A stretch of DNA of 64,000 nt. Source: Myxococcota bacterium (GTDB lineage Bacteria; Myxococcota_A; SURF-8). The notes below the pieces were generated by a model. That model did no database searches and was not told where the DNA came from. It saw nothing but the letters and a program-made list of their open reading frames with translations. The position numbers and the translations under genes are program-made. Location: assembly GCA_963674735.2 (NCBI GenBank), contig CAXXQS010000001.1, forward strand, positions 992,001 to 1,056,000, in the 5' to 3' direction. Below are positions 59,849 through 64,000 of this stretch, piece by piece (within the stretch, counting starts at the first letter, position 1; every line of letters starts with the position of its first letter).

Positions 59849-60943
59849 TCAGGCTTTCTTCCCATCCCCCGACGAATAGCGGAAGGGGTGCGATTTGACC
59901 CGCGCGCAATCAAACACGAAGTCCTTTCCGAAGGCTTGGGACGGCGTGTAAGCCCCCGGCCTTACTTGCTCGTCCAGCACGGCCAGTACGGCCCGGATAG
60001 CGCTGTCGGCTGTGAAACTGTAACCCTCGGGTGTGGTCAACGCACCCTGCACCCAATCGCCGTTTGCGTTGCGCACCTCGCCCCAGACGTCCGTATAGCC
60101 GCTGATGCGCAAGGCTTCATCCGGTCCCTTCACCAGCCAACCCGCCAGCGTCTGGGCCAAACTCCGCAGGGGAGCCAGCTTCAACAACGGCTGAAGCCTG
60201 GCCCCACGCTTGAGGCTTTTTACCGCCGCCAACGGCATGGACATATACGTGGTGATGGTGGGAATGCCGGTGGAATGGTAAGCCGAACTGACGTCCCCCC
60301 AAGGGATGGACACCACATGCGGTTTCGCGCGAGGGAAGGGGACACTCCGCGATTTCCAGGCCGCCGGAACCGGTACGATGCGTCCATCGATACGCGCCGC
60401 CCCGCCCTTCGCCTTGCCCATCCCCTCGATCATGGTCTTGGTGGTACCGGGGCTCATTTTGCCGACCCCGCCGAAAGCCAGGTCGAGTTCGGTGGCATCG
60501 GGCAACTGCTCGGCCAGCATGGCGGCCAGGCAATCCGTGGGCACCACATCGAAACCGACCCCCGGGATGGCCGTGATTCCCGCCGTCTGCGCCTGCCGGT
60601 GACGCCCCAAGACGTCCTCCAGCACCTCGATTTCACCGGTGATATCCAGGTAATGCGTAGCCCCGCGCAAACAGGCGTCGAACATCGGGCGGCTGGTGCG
60701 CGAAAAGGGTCCGGCCATGTGAACGACCGCATCGACCTCCGCCAGTGCGTGGTCGAGTTGCCGAGGATCGTTCAAGTCCACCTGTCGCCAAGGCAAGTCC
60801 AAAGCCTCGGCCACCGCCCGCACGCGAGATTCGGAGCGCCCCGCCAACACGGGCTTGAGTCCGCGTTCGGCGGCCAGTTGCGCCGTGAGACGGCCGGTGT
60901 AGCCGTTGGCTCCGTATATCATCCACTGTTTGTCATTCGACAT
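59849..60943 (-). CDS. Saccharopine dehydrogenase-like NAD(P)-dependent oxidoreductase
   Basis: IYGANGYTG, LAGR, AGPF, HYLDITGE, GFDVVPTD, SPGT. Confidence 0.88.
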   Translation of the reverse strand: MSNDKQWMIYGANGYTGRLTAQLAAERGLKPVLAGRSESRVRAVAEALDLPWRQVDLNDPRQLDHALAEVDAVVHMAGPFSRTSRPMFDACLRGATHYLDITGEIEVLEDVLGRHRQAQTAGITAIPGVGFDVVPTDCLAAMLAEQLPDATELDLAFGGVGKMSPGTTKTMIEGMGKAKGGAARIDGRIVPVPAAWKSRSVPFPRAKPHVVSIPWGDVSSAYHSTGIPTITTYMSMPLAAVKSLKRGARLQPLLKLAPLRSLAQTLAGWLVKGPDEALRISGYTDVWGEVRNANGDWVQGALTTPEGYSFTADSAIRAVLAVLDEQVRPGAYTPSQAFGKDFVFDCARVKSHPFRYSSGDGKKA

Positions 60944-61189
60944 GGCAACTCCTGGGTCAATCACGTTTTCTCGTTTCGTAAACAAGAGAGACGCCGCGGC
61001 GCCTTTCATTCCGCGAAATTCGCGGTTCTCCCGGTCCTCGGCCGTGTCATTCTTGGCATCTGTTTGTCATTTTGCCCTAACGGTCATGATCGTGTGGGAA
61101 AAATCCATTGCCCTTGTTGGCTATTATACCTATAATGCCGCCAAACATGACGGGTATCAAATTGTTCGTGAATAATTACACGGAGATGA

Positions 61190-62776
61190 ATGCTGAGAAC
61201 GCTGCGTATTTTCCTCGCATCCATGCAGAGTAAATATCTTGCCAAGTGGTTACTGGCTGTCATGGTCGTCATCCTCTCGACGCATTTTCTTGCGTGCGAG
61301 AGTGAAACTCCGAAAACTCTTACGGTAGAATCCAAGCAGCTTACCTTCTTATTTTTCAACGATTTTCATGGGCACCTGAAGCCGTTCACGCGGGCCTATG
61401 GCGATGAGTATCTGTCGGGAGGCTTTGCGCATTTGGCGGCCATGACAGAAGAAATCCGAACGAAAAATATCGAACGTAATGTGGCGACTTATTTGTTTTC
61501 GGGCGGGGACAATTTGCAGGGAACCCCTCTTTCGACAGCATTCATGGGACAAGCCGAGTTCGAAGCTTTCAATGCCGCCGGGGTCGATGCTTCGGTTGTC
61601 GGCAATCATGATCTTGACTACGGTCTTGAAAACTTGCTGTATTTGCGGGATCTAGCGGATTTCCCCCTGCTATCGGCTAATATTTACGAGCTGAATACCT
61701 CGAAACGACTTTTTCAGCCTTACAAAATATTCAATGATCCTAGTGGATTACGTGTGGGAGTGGTTGGTCTGACGACGCCGGAAACGGTGATGACGACCCA
61801 TCCTTTAAATGTCCAGTCGATACGTTTCACTCGACCCGACCTTGCCATGCAATCCCTGCTTCTCAGTCTGCTCAAAAAAACGGATGTCCTCGTCGTTCTC
61901 AGTCATTTGGGCTTGCGGGACGATCTTGAGCTGGCGCGTCAATACCCTGAAATCAATGTGATTATTGGGGGGCATAGCCATTCGATGACAACGGAACCGA
62001 TGCGCGTCGGTGATGTCTTGATTTGCCAAGCCGGTGATCGTGGTTTGATGCTCGGTCGGCTTGATTTGGAAGTTTTGGATAATCGTGTGTATATGACTGA
62101 TTTCACGATGCTTCCCGTCATGCCCAGCCGGAGCAAACACGAGGGTGTCGCAGCCGTGATCGACTCGTTTGATAGCAAGCTCAGTACGGAGATTAGCCGA
62201 GTTGTTGGACGATCGGATAGCCTGCTAAACGCCGAGCGTGCGTCAATCCGCCTGCGCGAAACCAATCTGGGCGATTTGACCAGCGACTTGATGCGTCTAC
62301 AAACGGATAGCGATGTGGCGGTGATCAACGGTGGCGCCATAAGATCGAGCATTCTTGAAGGGGACATTACGCTTGAAAGCGTGATGCGTGCCTATCCCAT
62401 GAACAATGAAATCGTGACCATGAATGTAACCGGTGAGCAATTGCTGCTAGCTTTGCGTAGATCGATAAAAGGGATGCTTTCGCGCGGACCCAGTCATCCG
62501 TTCGGAGGCTTTTTGCAGGTTTCCGGGGTTCGTTTGGTTGTTGAAAGCGGACAGCTTATGCGTGTCTTTATTGGTGGGAAATCGTTGCAACTCTATAAAG
62601 ATTATCGTTTGGCAACGATTGATTTTCTGGCTGCCGGCGGTGATGGATATCGTGAATTAAAGGAGGGTCGCGATCACTACAATACTGGAATCAACCTGCG
62701 AGATATGTTTGTTAATTATTTAAAACAGAAAAACCATCTGAGAGTCGAGACGGATGGTCGGATGATATTCAGATAG
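61190..62776 (+). CDS. 5'-nucleotidase / UDP-sugar hydrolase family lipoprotein
   Basis: NDFHG, GD, GNHD, LSHLG, GGHSH, ETNLG, NGGAIR, GGDGY; lipobox FLA-C. Confidence 0.92.
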   Translation: MLRTLRIFLASMQSKYLAKWLLAVMVVILSTHFLACESETPKTLTVESKQLTFLFFNDFHGHLKPFTRAYGDEYLSGGFAHLAAMTEEIRTKNIERNVATYLFSGGDNLQGTPLSTAFMGQAEFEAFNAAGVDASVVGNHDLDYGLENLLYLRDLADFPLLSANIYELNTSKRLFQPYKIFNDPSGLRVGVVGLTTPETVMTTHPLNVQSIRFTRPDLAMQSLLLSLLKKTDVLVVLSHLGLRDDLELARQYPEINVIIGGHSHSMTTEPMRVGDVLICQAGDRGLMLGRLDLEVLDNRVYMTDFTMLPVMPSRSKHEGVAAVIDSFDSKLSTEISRVVGRSDSLLNAERASIRLRETNLGDLTSDLMRLQTDSDVAVINGGAIRSSILEGDITLESVMRAYPMNNEIVTMNVTGEQLLLALRRSIKGMLSRGPSHPFGGFLQVSGVRLVVESGQLMRVFIGGKSLQLYKDYRLATIDFLAAGGDGYRELKEGRDHYNTGINLRDMFVNYLKQKNHLRVETDGRMIFR

Positions 62777-62860
62777 CAAAATCCTTGAAAATTAAAGGGG
62801 AATTGACTTTGCTTGCCAGATCCGGTAGAAAAAGGCAGTTATAATTGCTTGGGGAAAGTT

Positions 62861-63949
62861 ATGGATTCAAGCCTAGGCAGAGGCAACTTCTTTATTACTT
62901 GGGCTTGGCGTATGGCCATGATGGTGTTGATCCTGACACCGTTGGCTGTCCTGGCAGCTAAGCCAGCACAATCGAGTGAAGTGTTGAAAATTGGGAGCGT
63001 CGCTCCCGATAATACCCCGTGGGCAAAACTACTTCGAGAGTTTAACCGCCGTTTCCAAGCCTCGGGCGAGATGCCGATCCGTTTTGAATATGGATTTGGC
63101 GGTTCGATGGGGGGGGAACACCAACTTCTCAAACGCTGCCGAGAAGGAAAAATTGCCATTGCCGGTGTCAGTTCGACGATCGTTGCCAATCTTCTTCCCG
63201 AACTGAATTTACTGGAATTGCCCTATCTGTTTGATTCAAATGATGAAATCGATCTGATAATCGAAGAAGTGATCGATCCGGCGGTTCGTCCCAAGCTTCA
63301 TGAACTAGGGTTGGAAATCTTGTTGTGGACAGATAATGGCTACAAAAACATTGCAACGGTTAAGAAACCTATTCGGTCTCTTCAGGATATGGAAGGGCTC
63401 AAATTGCGTTCGCAGGAGAGTCCGCTGTACAAAGCGTTGTTTCGTTCATTGGGAGCGAGCTGTGTCTGTTTGAATATTCGTGAAGTTGCCGAAGCTCTTC
63501 AAGCTGGAGTCGTGGATGGCTTTGATAATACGCCCTTATTCACGTTTTCGTCGGGGCTGTATCATTACGTAAAGCATTACACGCAAACTCGCCACTCCTA
63601 TCAGCCCGTCTTAATGCTGGCCTCCCGGAAAGTACTGGAAGCGATGGATGAAAATGTCAGGCAGGCTTTTATCGCAGAAGCTCGAAATCTAAAGGAGTTT
63701 GGACGTCGAGAAATTCGTTTGGGTCAAATCGAGGCGCTGGATAAACTGAAAAAGAGTGGAATTCAAATTCATCGACTTGAATTAGCAAATCGTGCAAGTA
63801 TTATCGAAGCCTCTCGTAAGGTTTATGATAGTGTTGAGACGTTAGTTGGACCCGACGGCATGATCTTGCTTGCCCGCGTTCGAAAAACCTTGGCGGAAAG
63901 ACGGAAATCGCAGTTTTCGCAGGAGAAAGATAAACGTGCAACATATTGA
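62861..63949 (+). CDS. dctP: TRAP transporter substrate-binding protein DctP
   Basis: GSVAP..TPW, GG.MGGE, LPYLF, GLKLR, LQAGVVDG; start uncertain. Confidence 0.85.
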   Translation: MDSSLGRGNFFITWAWRMAMMVLILTPLAVLAAKPAQSSEVLKIGSVAPDNTPWAKLLREFNRRFQASGEMPIRFEYGFGGSMGGEHQLLKRCREGKIAIAGVSSTIVANLLPELNLLELPYLFDSNDEIDLIIEEVIDPAVRPKLHELGLEILLWTDNGYKNIATVKKPIRSLQDMEGLKLRSQESPLYKALFRSLGASCVCLNIREVAEALQAGVVDGFDNTPLFTFSSGLYHYVKHYTQTRHSYQPVLMLASRKVLEAMDENVRQAFIAEARNLKEFGRREIRLGQIEALDKLKKSGIQIHRLELANRASIIEASRKVYDSVETLVGPDGMILLARVRKTLAERRKSQFSQEKDKRATY

Positions 63950-64000
63950 ATCAACACTTGAAGGTGCAGATGGGACGAGTCTATTCATGCTTCGGCATGA

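Noticed and set aside
59888-61135. 415-aa plus-strand ORF
   Set aside because: Antisense to the GC-rich saccharopine dehydrogenase-like gene, with no recognisable motifs.
63946-64000. Start of a dctQ/dctM gene
   Set aside because: The frame is open to the window edge but too short to identify.

Overview
A gene-dense 64 kb chromosomal segment (GC roughly mid-50s %, by eye), probably from an anaerobic deltaproteobacterium-like or Myxococcota-like organism (inferred from gene content). It holds core and metabolic genes: mazG, mlaE, an NCS2 permease, a DUF5752-treT-otsB-otsA trehalose operon, MATE and DASS transporters, a cyclophilin, a 5'-nucleotidase and dctP. Two sigma-54 modules have clear -24/-12 promoters. 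One is a CHASE/6xPAS kinase split by a 1-nt frameshift, followed by an NtrC-type regulator; the other is an OrpR-like activator with NifX-like and DUF5320 targets. Also present are an HdrA/HdrA-MvhD/HdrD-like/PocR redox operon, an orphan tandem double radical SAM enzyme, a tamB-tamA/bamA-like pair, and seven unrelated lipoproteins that share an acidic 'DGD' tether after the lipidated Cys. One of these is a ~1160-aa protein with 7 Cys-rich repeats and 6 repeats of 102 aa; another has a codon-usage mosaic gene. I saw no rRNA, tRNA, CRISPR array, integrase or transposase. All calls come from motif recognition by eye; no database searches were run.
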